From IMG/VR virus record IMGVR_UViG_3300020156_000004, positions 1-64,000 of that record: a DNA stretch of 64,000 nt. One strand, given 5' to 3'. A model generated the notes under the pieces. That model was given only the letters and a program-made list of their open reading frames with translations. It was not told the origin of the DNA and searched no databases. Position 1 is the stretch's first letter, and every line of letters begins with the position of its first letter. Both the position numbers and the translations under genes were made by a program. Shown in pieces: positions 1-9,900 of the stretch. This DNA comes from a virus.

Positions 1-104
1 AAGAATAGTAATTGCTAAGACGCCCGCCGACGAGCGCAAGCGCATAATGCACGCACGACATTACGCGTATACGTACGTGAGAGGAAACCTAAAACCAAAA
101 ATAT

Positions 105-779
105 ATGAAGCTCGACACCAAGAGTATAGTGGCCATTGTTTCAGTCCTGGCTGCTGTGATAGCTATTGGGGTTCAATATTGTAACCCTAAGCCTAATCCA
201 GACATTTACCCTAGAGATACCCTACGATCAGAAAGGGTAATCATCAAGGTTGATACCATGTGGAAAGACCGGATAATAGAAAAGCCCATTTATGTCACGG
301 TTTATGATTCAGATACCATACTTCGGGTAGAAAAGTCCACTGATACAGTGGAGTTACCACCCGATACTATTGATCGGAAATTCCCTCACTTAGTTTGGGG
401 AGAGTTCTTTGACGACCACCTGAAACTGCTGATGAAGGACACATCAGGCCGAATCATCGAAAACACATGGGCTCTTGACTACATCCGAAACCGATCTTAC
501 ATCTTCGACGGTTATACCGGGGTTCTCGGAAGAAGGCCCAGATTAGGAAATGACCTTTCGGATGATTTCGGAGATGGGTCCCAATTAGGAGAGACTCTAC
601 GGAAGATGCGAGGCTTTGAATCTAATGCTTACTTGCTCTATGGTTTCAGAGGAAACTTCATGATTCGAGCCGATGCCTCTTGGAATTATCGAAAACTTGG
701 ACTATATTTGTATACCCAAGGAAGTACAATGGCCCCCAACCTGGAAGCAGGAGGTGGGTTAAGATACAGAATACGATAA
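105..779 (+). CDS. hypothetical protein with N-terminal membrane/lipoprotein-like anchor
   Basis: The N-terminus KSIVAIVSVLAAVIAIGVQYC is one hydrophobic helix followed by Cys. The C-terminal third has an alternating aromatic/polar strand-like pattern. No catalytic motif was recognised. Confidence 0.45.
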   Translation: MKLDTKSIVAIVSVLAAVIAIGVQYCNPKPNPDIYPRDTLRSERVIIKVDTMWKDRIIEKPIYVTVYDSDTILRVEKSTDTVELPPDTIDRKFPHLVWGEFFDDHLKLLMKDTSGRIIENTWALDYIRNRSYIFDGYTGVLGRRPRLGNDLSDDFGDGSQLGETLRKMRGFESNAYLLYGFRGNFMIRADASWNYRKLGLYLYTQGSTMAPNLEAGGGLRYRIR

Positions 780-782
780 CCC

Positions 783-2285
783 ATGAGTAGAAAATTAGTA
801 GAGCAGATTAGGCTTACCTCGGAGCAATTAGCTATGTTGCAAAAGGTGATGATAGACCCCTTCTTCTTCGCCACCTTTATATACCTAATTCACCCTCTCC
901 GAGGTAAAACCATTTTTAACCTATACCCATATCAGAAGAAACTCCTATGGCACTTTCTGAATGATCGGTTCAACATCATCCTGAAATTCCGCCAGGCAGG
1001 AGTAACAGAGCTTATCTCCCTATATTGCCTCTGGTTCGCAATGTACCATCCCAACAAGAACATTGTGATTATCTCGATCAAGGACAGGGTGGCAAAAAAG
1101 GTTCTTAGGAAGATTAAGTTCATGTATAAGAACTTACCTGATTTCTTAAAAGTTAAAGTAGTAAATAGCCGTGGAGAATCTATTGGGACCGCTACCGAAA
1201 TCGAATTTGCAAATGGCTCTATTATTTCCTCAATTCCCACAACGGAAGATGCCGGCCGTTCGGAAGCGGTTTCACTCCTCGTTATTGACGAAGCTGCCAT
1301 TGTTAGATGGGCAGAGAGGATTTGGGCCGCATCCTTCCCCACTCTATCAACTGGAGGTCGTTCTATCATCAACTCAACTCCCTACGGAGTTGGTAACTTC
1401 TATCATAAACTTTTCTCAGATGCGGTTGCAGGAGGTAATCTTTTCAACCCGATACGGCTCTTCTGGAGAATGCACCCCGAACGTGATGATCTATGGTACC
1501 GTCAGCAAAGAGAAATTCTTGGCCCTAGAAAGACTGCTCAGGAAATTGATGGAGACTTCCTTACCTCGGGGAATACAGTCTTTGACCTTGCTGATATAAG
1601 GGGTATAGAAGATGCAATACTGGAGGATGAAGATTATAGGGCCTTGGAAGTTGATATGAATGGTCAACTTAGAATTTACAAATACTATGACCCCTCAAGA
1701 TTCTACACCATCGGAGCAGACGTTGCAACCGGAAGATCAAACGACTTCTCGGCTTTCTCGGTTATGGACGATCTTGGAGAAGAATATGCCTCTTTCAAAG
1801 GAAAGATTACTATTGACCGGTTCGAACCTTTATTGGTGGATTTCGGAAATAGATATGGGAGAGCCCGTTTGGCACCAGAGTCCAACGACATTGGTTTAGG
1901 ATTAGCTACTAATTTACAGACCCATGGATATGAAAACCTCTATTATTCCAGAGCCCTTTTAAAGAAGAAGGGGGAAGCAAGGCATAGGCAAGAGGAAATT
2001 CCTGGCTGGTATACTACCAAAAAGAATAGGCCCGTTATCATTGCCGGGCTCGAAGAGGATATAAGAAACGACACCTGCATTATTAAAGATAAAGCATTTT
2101 GTGATGAGGCTTATACCTTCATTTATGATAACATGGGTAGACCGGTTGCAATGAATAAAGATAAACAGGCCTCAGATGATATTCTGGACGATCAGGTATA
2201 CACTGATGATGCTATCTTTGCCAAGGCAATCACTAACCACGTCAGAAAAGAACCAAGACGTTCACACCTAATACTACCAACATAA
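783..2285 (+). CDS. terL: terminase large subunit
   Basis: Walker A-like KFRQAGVTE, Walker B LLVIDEAA, and an RNaseH-like nuclease region IGADVATGRSNDFSAFSVMD. It lies immediately upstream of the portal gene. Confidence 0.9.
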   Translation: MSRKLVEQIRLTSEQLAMLQKVMIDPFFFATFIYLIHPLRGKTIFNLYPYQKKLLWHFLNDRFNIILKFRQAGVTELISLYCLWFAMYHPNKNIVIISIKDRVAKKVLRKIKFMYKNLPDFLKVKVVNSRGESIGTATEIEFANGSIISSIPTTEDAGRSEAVSLLVIDEAAIVRWAERIWAASFPTLSTGGRSIINSTPYGVGNFYHKLFSDAVAGGNLFNPIRLFWRMHPERDDLWYRQQREILGPRKTAQEIDGDFLTSGNTVFDLADIRGIEDAILEDEDYRALEVDMNGQLRIYKYYDPSRFYTIGADVATGRSNDFSAFSVMDDLGEEYASFKGKITIDRFEPLLVDFGNRYGRARLAPESNDIGLGLATNLQTHGYENLYYSRALLKKKGEARHRQEEIPGWYTTKKNRPVIIAGLEEDIRNDTCIIKDKAFCDEAYTFIYDNMGRPVAMNKDKQASDDILDDQVYTDDAIFAKAITNHVRKEPRRSHLILPT

Positions 2286-3739
2286 TGGCATTTCTTGATA
2301 ACTTTAAACGTGGAAGCCTTCCTAAAAGGGGGGCTTTTCCATTACCTAAGGCTGGCGGTAGAGTATCTAAACCCCCAGTAGATAACAACCTTTGGGATGA
2401 TACCTTGAAGGTTAGCGGACATCACCAAGTAGTTAAAAAGCCTTTTGTAGATAAATACATACCCCTGATTCGTAGCCTGAATATGATGAACGGGGACGTA
2501 TCACAGGCTCTATGGAATATCGTTAGTTTAGGAAACACCGGCCATAAGATTCATTTTGACCCCAGTGTATCGGAAGATCAGCAGGAAAAAATGAGAAAGC
2601 ATATCCTGAACAGGCCTAAACCATGGATGTCCGGCCAGGCGGGAGTGGATGGAATGGTAAATAAGAAGTTCTATCAATTACTTATTTCCGGGGCTTTATC
2701 AAGCGAATGGGTACCGGAGGTTGATCTTTCAGGGGTTGCAACCAATCTTCTGGTAGGGCCAGAAGAAATCGAATTTGTTTTGAGTAGGGATGGACTAACC
2801 TATGAACCCTATCAAAGAAGTAGCCTATATAACCCCACTTCAATCTCAAAGGGTGGCCTAATCAAACTGAACCCAAATACCTATAGATACTTCGCTCTCA
2901 ATGGAGATACCGAGAATCCCTATGGTATTCCGCCATATATCCCTGCAATAGAGGATATATACACCCAACACCTGATGAAAACCAACATTAGGCATATTGT
3001 TGAACAACTAGGCCTTGTTGGATTCCTTACTGTACTCCTGGAGAACCCAGATCAATTACCCGGGGAAACTAACGATCAATACTTTGCCAGAACTGAGAAA
3101 TACCTAACCGATACCCAGCAGAGATTAAAGGATGGTATGAGGGATGGTATAGTAGTGGGATATAAACCCGATGTTGAATTTGAAACTTCCTCTATATCCC
3201 GAGCCTACGCCGATGCCTTGGAATTGTATAAGAATAATGAATCTTCTATTGCCACAGGCATGAAACAGGACCCCACTCTATGGGGAAGGGATTATAATAC
3301 CTCGGAGACTCAGATAACCGTGGTATTCATGAAGATGATCTCCGAACTTCGGAATTTCCAAAACCTGATTGCAACTGATCTGGCCTTTGGATATTCATTA
3401 GACCTAAGATTGGCTGGATTCCAATTTGACTATCTGACTGTTAAATTCAAACCATCTACCTTAGGGGATGATCTTAAAATACAACAAGCCGAAGAAATAA
3501 AGATTCGTAATGTTGAACGAAAGATGCTCCTTGGTATAATTAGTCAAGATCAAGCCGCAGATGAATTAGGTTATGATAAACCATTTGAACCAGAACCTAA
3601 AGTTGATTGGGAAACTCTCGCCGGGGGTAAATCCCAGGCTGAACTGGAAATAGCTTCAGAGAAACGTGAGGCAGGAAAAGATGCTTCCGATAAGAAGAAT
3701 AGAAAAAAGAACAAGCCTACAGGCGGTAAAGATAAATAA
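2285..3739 (+). CDS. portal protein
   Basis: 484 aa ORF whose start overlaps the terminase stop (ATGG/TAATG junction). It has the canonical position between terminase and prohead protease and a basic C-terminal tail. The call rests on position and size. Confidence 0.7.
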   Translation: MAFLDNFKRGSLPKRGAFPLPKAGGRVSKPPVDNNLWDDTLKVSGHHQVVKKPFVDKYIPLIRSLNMMNGDVSQALWNIVSLGNTGHKIHFDPSVSEDQQEKMRKHILNRPKPWMSGQAGVDGMVNKKFYQLLISGALSSEWVPEVDLSGVATNLLVGPEEIEFVLSRDGLTYEPYQRSSLYNPTSISKGGLIKLNPNTYRYFALNGDTENPYGIPPYIPAIEDIYTQHLMKTNIRHIVEQLGLVGFLTVLLENPDQLPGETNDQYFARTEKYLTDTQQRLKDGMRDGIVVGYKPDVEFETSSISRAYADALELYKNNESSIATGMKQDPTLWGRDYNTSETQITVVFMKMISELRNFQNLIATDLAFGYSLDLRLAGFQFDYLTVKFKPSTLGDDLKIQQAEEIKIRNVERKMLLGIISQDQAADELGYDKPFEPEPKVDWETLAGGKSQAELEIASEKREAGKDASDKKNRKKNKPTGGKDK

Positions 3740-3753
3740 CTAAATCATCAAAT

Positions 3754-5178
3754 ATGTGGTTAGACGTAATGGAACTCAGATCAGGCCATAGTCTGATTCT
3801 GAATAACCTCCCTGACCTTAAGGATGCAAAACCCGATTTTGCTCATGTGGGTTCAGGAACCCCGGTAGATAGAGAATCCTTTGGGTTATTCTCTTCACCG
3901 GACTTTAACAAATTCTATCCGGGTGTAAAGCAGGAGGATTTGAAACCCAACTCGGAAGATTTCATAGAACCCGTATACAGAGCCCTTTCCGAGGTAATTG
4001 TCCATAAGAACTGGAACCCGGTTGATTTCGGTGAAAATGGGGTTCTTAAGAAATCCATGAGCCTGCTTAAAGGACAGGCGGTAAAGGGAGACCATGAGGG
4101 TGGTATACATACCTCAATGGGAGCTGTTAACCATGTAGTATGGGAGGAATCTTATAAACAGAACGGAATTCAAATACCTGCCGGTATCAATGCTCGATTT
4201 AAGATTGATGCTAAAGCAAACCCCAGAATTGCCCGGGGTATACAGATGGACCCTCCTTCGATTCATTCCTGCTCGGTAACAGTATCTTTCCTTTGGGATA
4301 AGTCTCACCCCTCAATGGACCAAAACGAGTTTCTTAGTAAACTCGGAACCTACGATAAGGATGGTAAGATGATTCGCAGGGTTGCTACCCTTATTAAGAA
4401 CTACCATGAGATTTCCCTGGTAGATCACGGTGCTGACCCCTTTGCCAAGAAAAAAACGGAGAATGGTAATATCGTTCTTCCTGAACATGCCAATACCGTA
4501 TATAACTCTTGGAAGGCCGAAAAACATAAGGATAAAAACGACAAATTCTTCTTTTTCGACTTCAAAGATATTGAGGCCGAGGATATAATCAGCAACACAG
4601 GAAATCCTACGATACCTGCTCCATCTAATGAAGAAACTCAAACTTCCAACACTGATAATATGAAAGAACATCTCATAGCCCTTGCCACAATCTTCGGCCT
4701 GACTTTCGATGAAACTAAGCCCGAATCTGCCACTGCCCTTATTGAAGCAGTGAAGAAAGCTAAAACAGATTTGGAGACCGCTCAAAATACAGTAACGGAG
4801 CTTCAAGCTGCGAAACCCGATGAGGCGGTTCTCACAAAACTTAAGGATTTCCAAAAGAATACCCTGGCTTCGGCAAGAGCTGCTGCAATTGCCTCTCTCC
4901 AAAAACTTCATGACAATCAGGCTCCCAAGTCTCTGGTTGATGTGATTGAAAACCTCGATAACCTGGAAGGTATTGCCGCCCTCAAGGGTTCTTATGACGA
5001 CCAACTCGATAAGAAATTCCCGTTAGCTTGCAAGAAATGTAACAGTACGGAAGTTAGCAGGGCCTCTGCTACCGCTAAACCGGAAGGTGAGGAAGCTCCT
5101 AAAGTTGAGGCATTGAGTGCTGAACAGGTTCGCAACAAACTCATCAAGGAGCAAGGCAATATGGCCTTCAACTTCTAA
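3754..5178 (+). CDS. prohead protease (HK97/S78-like) fused to a helical scaffold-like C-terminal region
   Basis: HEISLVDHGADPFA resembles the E-[VI]-S-L-V-x-x-P-A motif of HK97-type prohead proteases. The C-terminal 150 aa are predicted helical and Ala/Lys/Glu-rich. It lies between the portal and capsid genes. Confidence 0.6.
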   Translation: MWLDVMELRSGHSLILNNLPDLKDAKPDFAHVGSGTPVDRESFGLFSSPDFNKFYPGVKQEDLKPNSEDFIEPVYRALSEVIVHKNWNPVDFGENGVLKKSMSLLKGQAVKGDHEGGIHTSMGAVNHVVWEESYKQNGIQIPAGINARFKIDAKANPRIARGIQMDPPSIHSCSVTVSFLWDKSHPSMDQNEFLSKLGTYDKDGKMIRRVATLIKNYHEISLVDHGADPFAKKKTENGNIVLPEHANTVYNSWKAEKHKDKNDKFFFFDFKDIEAEDIISNTGNPTIPAPSNEETQTSNTDNMKEHLIALATIFGLTFDETKPESATALIEAVKKAKTDLETAQNTVTELQAAKPDEAVLTKLKDFQKNTLASARAAAIASLQKLHDNQAPKSLVDVIENLDNLEGIAALKGSYDDQLDKKFPLACKKCNSTEVSRASATAKPEGEEAPKVEALSAEQVRNKLIKEQGNMAFNF

Positions 5179-5215
5179 TATCCTATTACCATAACAATCT
5201 TAAATATCAACTACA

Positions 5216-5680
5216 ATGGGCTCTTTAACACAAGCCGGAAAGAAATCGAAAACCGCGATATGGCTCCATGAATCTCACAAACTCCATGTTGAGTTCCAGG
5301 TAGCCGCTGGACAAACCGTTTACCGCGGTCAGCCAGTAAAACTTACCAATGACGGTAAAATCACTCCATGGGCAAAAGCCGATTTGAACCATCTGATTAT
5401 CGGTTATGTAACTACTGATCAGATTGCTGGTGAATGGGCTACAGTTGCCATGAAGGGTTATATGGGGGTTCTCGCCCTCAATGCAACCGCCGGTGCAATG
5501 AACTGCGGTCCGGTAACTTATCAAGCATATAATACTGCAAATGGTGATACCACTCATGGTAACAAGGGTTACAGTACCTATGCTGCTCCCACCACTGATA
5601 CTGGAAACACCGAAACCCATGCTTGGAGCATTGACCAGGCTGCCGCACAATACGATCTCATCCGGGTGATTGTAAACTAA
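5216..5680 (+). CDS. small head protein, DUF2190-like decoration protein candidate
   Basis: 154 aa ORF between the protease/scaffold and major capsid genes. It has a Gly-rich beta pattern (AAGQTVYRGQPVKLTNDGKITPWA ... VAMKGYMGVLAL). Confidence 0.4.
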   Translation: MGSLTQAGKKSKTAIWLHESHKLHVEFQVAAGQTVYRGQPVKLTNDGKITPWAKADLNHLIIGYVTTDQIAGEWATVAMKGYMGVLALNATAGAMNCGPVTYQAYNTANGDTTHGNKGYSTYAAPTTDTGNTETHAWSIDQAAAQYDLIRVIVN

Positions 5681-5734
5681 TAAGCCGACAATACCTGGCC
5701 AATTCTTAATACAGACTAACATTAAAAAAATACC

Positions 5735-6847
5735 ATGTCTAAACAATCTTTATATTTGGCAGACCTCCCTACCCTGGTAAAGGAAATGGAGGCCATGAGA
5801 AAGGATGATAAGAACCCACGGGACATCACCCTTGCTGAGTATGTAAAACTCAAATACCCGGAAATTACCATGGAGACCTTTTACGAGGACCTCGGGGTAA
5901 ATCCGAACATCATGACCATCGAGAACCTTCTGAACATGCCAGATCAGAACATTCGTTGGTTGATTCCTGAAATCTACCGTGAAGCTCTTCGCTTGGGTAT
6001 TCGTAAAGCCCCCATCTATCCTTCACTCATTGCCGGCGAACAATCAATCTCTGGCCTTGAACTGAACATGCCCGCCATCAATATGTCGGATGCCGGAATG
6101 AAAAAGGTAGGGGTTGGTGAAACTATCCCATTGGGAGATGTTTCCTTCGACCAGAAAAAGGTAAAGATTTACAAACTCGGTCGTGGTATCAAGATTCCTT
6201 ACGAGGTTCGTCAATATGTTGCGATCAACCTGGTTGCCCTCTATATGCAAGACATGGGTATTAAGATGGGTATGGGACTTGATTATCTGGCTCTCACCAC
6301 TGCGATCAATGGAGATCAAGCTGACGGTACTGATGCGGCTCCTGTTCTCGGGGTTGCAACCGATGAAACCCTGGTATACCGCGATATTTTGAAATTGTGG
6401 TTCCGCCTTTCCCGCTTGGGCCGTACTCCAACAATCCAGATTGCCGGCGAAGATACTGGCTTGGATGTGATGGAACTCTACCTGAACACCCGCTTCACTG
6501 AGGGTAAACAAAGAACCCAGGTAAACCCAAGGGTAACTCTACCAAATGCAGTTGACCTTTATATTCATGGAGCAATCCCGGACAAACAAATCCTTATGAT
6601 TGATAAGGCCGGAGCTCTTCTGAAACTGAATGCTCAACCACTCCTGGTAGAAACCGAAAAGATTGTGAGCAATCAAACAGAGGGCACCTATGCTACAATC
6701 ACTACCGGCTTCGCAACCATTTTCAAAGATGCCCGCATAATCCTTGATAAAGGCCATGCAAGTTCAGAGGATGGCTACGGTCTTGAGGATTATGACTTCC
6801 TGAACCCTGCACCTTTCGAGGTAGTACCATTTGGTAAAAAAGGATAA
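5735..6847 (+). CDS. major capsid protein
   Basis: 370 aa ORF in the canonical position after the protease/scaffold and decoration genes. A strong intrinsic terminator follows it. No motif-level proof. Confidence 0.7.
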   Translation: MSKQSLYLADLPTLVKEMEAMRKDDKNPRDITLAEYVKLKYPEITMETFYEDLGVNPNIMTIENLLNMPDQNIRWLIPEIYREALRLGIRKAPIYPSLIAGEQSISGLELNMPAINMSDAGMKKVGVGETIPLGDVSFDQKKVKIYKLGRGIKIPYEVRQYVAINLVALYMQDMGIKMGMGLDYLALTTAINGDQADGTDAAPVLGVATDETLVYRDILKLWFRLSRLGRTPTIQIAGEDTGLDVMELYLNTRFTEGKQRTQVNPRVTLPNAVDLYIHGAIPDKQILMIDKAGALLKLNAQPLLVETEKIVSNQTEGTYATITTGFATIFKDARIILDKGHASSEDGYGLEDYDFLNPAPFEVVPFGKKG

Positions 6848-6871
6848 CCTTCTAAGCCTTAATATATAAGA

Positions 6872-6908
6872 AAGCCGATATTCTATTTGAATATTCGGCT
6901 TTTTTTAT
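6872..6908 (+). terminator. rho-independent terminator after the capsid gene
   Basis: The stem aagccgatattc / gaatattcggct (one bulge) has loop tattt and is followed by ttttttatt. Confidence 0.7.
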
Positions 6909-6940
6909 TCCTATTCAATTCTAGTCAAAAATTTCGTAAA

Positions 6941-9900
6941 ATGAAATATCTATTAATCTTTTTAATTTCCCTCACTACGTGCTTCGGGGGATATGCCCAA
7001 TTCAATTCCTTCCAAGAGATTAAGGACTATAACGATCAGAATATAACCACGAATGGAACCAAGGCCATTACGGGTTCAAAACTGAATCTTGCCTTAAATG
7101 GGGGTTTTAAATTCTTCCATGACAATTACTTCAAAAAAGCCGAGACGGATGCAAGGTTTGCCTTTAAAAACCATACGCATCCAATTTCTAGTGTTCAGGG
7201 GTTACAAGATACCAATACTAACCTGAGGACAGATATTGAATGGTTGAAGGCTAATTTGGAAGTAGGAGGTGCCGCCAATATATCGGGAGACGTAAATACC
7301 ATATTATATCGAACCGCGGATGGGGCGGCTGGAAACAGTAAATTAGGATTTGACCCGGCTAATCATACCCTACGATTAGGAAACGCCTTTAATTCCTTTA
7401 ATGGAACCCCGGCTTCTGACCGATGGATAATGAGCATAGGAGAACTAAATACCTATGATGCCGGAACCGAGGCAGCTATAATAGTGGGATATAACAACGT
7501 ATCAAAGGTATCAAGGGGTGCGATATTCGGAAGTAATAATACCGCAAATGGCTCTGCATCCGGAGTAGACCTAGATAATTCATTCATTGCGGGTGAAGGT
7601 AATAATATCCAATGGAGATACTCTTTTGCTATGGGCCTTCAAAACCAACCCGGTTATCAAGGCTTAGCATTAGGAACCTGGAACCAATCTACCATAGGAT
7701 TAGGAAACTCCGGAACCAATCACATGTTGGGAAACTATCTAACTTCCAAATACCCTAATTCGGTTATAACCGGTGTATCAAATAATCTAACCGAGATTGA
7801 TGCAAGAATCGGAAATGTAGATAGCGTAGCCTTCGCAGTGGGAGCCGGAACAGATGCTTCAAATAGAAAGACCGCAATTTTAGTAGCAAGGGGTGGAGAA
7901 AGAATTTGGTTTCCTCAATTAGCCGATGCAGGTAATGATACCACCGTCTTGGCCTTGGATGAGAACGGAATGTTGATAACCAAGACCGCTACGGGAGTTG
8001 CCGGAGAATCACCCCTAACCTTCCAAGCACCCTTGAATAGGGTGGGTAATGAAATAGGAATTAATGTAGTGGGAGTAGATAACGGGGTTATCACTCCAAC
8101 CATGAAAACCACATGGGATGGTAAACAAGATGCAATTACCTGGGCTAATGTAACCGCAGCCTCCAATAAGGTAACTTTAGGAGGTACTCCAACCGGCTCA
8201 GTTAAATCAGCCTTTAGCATTGACATTAATGAGAGCAATCTAACCCTGAATAATATAGGGGGAGTTTTGGGAGTTGCCAAAGGAGGTTTAGGTTCATTAA
8301 CTCTAACGGGTAATGGTGGTAAATACGTTAAGGTAAATTCGGGTGGAACCGGATTTGAATTAGCCACTGTATCGGGTGCAGGTATTCAAAGCGTAGTTGC
8401 TGGAGATAATGTAACCATAGATAATACTGACCCAGCAAATCCAATTATTAATGCAACTGCCGCAGAATCTGCAGTAACTTCATTATTTGGTAGAGTGGGT
8501 GATGTGGTTGCAGTATCTGGAGATTATAATACTTCCCAAGTAACGGAGAATACAAACCTCTACTTTACCGATGCAAGAGCAAGAGCCGCAATATCCGTTA
8601 CTGCTCCTCTGACCTATAATCCAGGTACAGGGGCTCTTGGAATGACCGCTTCTTCAACTGGAGTGGCAGGGTATTTAACCTCTGCTGATAGAGCTACTTT
8701 ATTCGCAAAAGAACCGGCAATAACCGCAACAACTGCGTTTGATTATTATAGGGGTGATAAAACCTTTGCAACCCTTAATACCGCAGCAGTTCCTGAATCC
8801 GGAGCAAACCAATACTTCACCAATGCCAGGGCCAGGGGTGCAATATCCCTGACTACCACAGGAACATCTGGAGCCGCTAGTTATAATTCGTCTACTGGGG
8901 TCTTAAACATACCCCAATATTCAGGAGGTGGAGTTCAAACAGTTACTGCCGGAACGAACATATCAATAACCGGAACTTCAACGAACCCCGTAATTAATGC
9001 TACAGGTAGCTCAGGAAACGCGGTTAATATAACATTGGCGGGATTAGATGCTTGTACACCCTGTCAAACTACTCTACCCTTTTATATTACAGATGCAAAT
9101 AAGGAAGGGTACTTTAGGTATGCAGGAACTGTTGCAAACCAGACTACAGATAATGGGGTAACTAGAGTTGTGAGTGCTGATCTTAAAGCTTATGATCGAG
9201 TATACGATGGAACTTTAAATGCCCTTTGGTTTGGTATGGTTCCCGGATTATCAGATGGAACCACCCGGGCTAATAACGTAGCTGCGTTTAATGCAATGGT
9301 GGCGGTAGCAACTGATGAACAATGGATGAAAATACCTAAAGTAGAAGGCAAAGATTATTATACTTCTGGACCTCTGGTAATGAACTCAGAATCCAAAAAG
9401 TACAGATTAAGAATTGAAGCTACAATCATCAGTGCGGGTGATGGGGTTATAATGGAGGGTTTCGGACACCAACTAGAATCTTTAGGAGAGATTCTTGGGC
9501 CTAACTCCGGAGCTAGTGATTCGGCCAGTTTTGCTGCATATACCAATGATGGTCTATATTTCAGGAACTGTGATAAATGTGAAGCTCGGGTATTCAGGGT
9601 TAGGGAATTTAAAAATGGGGTAGTATTTGCTGGGGAATCTACCGCTAATCCTCAAGGAACCCAATATTGCAAATTGTGGTATACACAGATTAGAGGTAAT
9701 TATCGCCAAATATATATCACTACTCGGGGGACTACCGGAAGCACTGGCGGAACCGCTCAATCAGGTAACTGGAGCAACTCCAATATAGTTTATGGGGGTC
9801 AGGTAGGAGGCGGTTTAACTGAGGCAGGAGGTACATTCGGAATAGTAATTAAAAGAGAGCCCTCATCTAACCAGGGATTTAACTCGGGGGGTGGAAACCC

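Noticed and set aside
2-184. Frame-2 reading frame open from the window edge to the TAA at 182-184, possibly the 3' end of an upstream gene such as a small terminase.
   Set aside because: This cannot be judged without upstream sequence. The ORF would overlap the 105-779 gene by 80 nt. Frame 1 has a stop at 16-18. It is left unannotated and noted under the CpG-rich segment finding.
932-6757. Long shadow ORFs overlapping the terminase, protease and capsid genes on the opposite or alternative frames. Examples are 932-1372(-), 1171-1599(+), 4312-5004(-), 5225-5746(-) and 6044-6511(-).
   Set aside because: Each lies entirely inside a longer ORF that has clear motifs or canonical synteny. Their translations are low-complexity or Cys/Leu/Ser-rich without motifs. 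Long antisense ORFs occur throughout this window.
6887-6940. Track start (TTG at 6887) for the giant fibre ORF, giving MNIRLFLFLFNSSQKFRK.
   Set aside because: These codons lie in the 3' arm and T-tract of the capsid-gene terminator. The ATG at 6941 gives a leader matching the four other signal-peptide-like N-termini.
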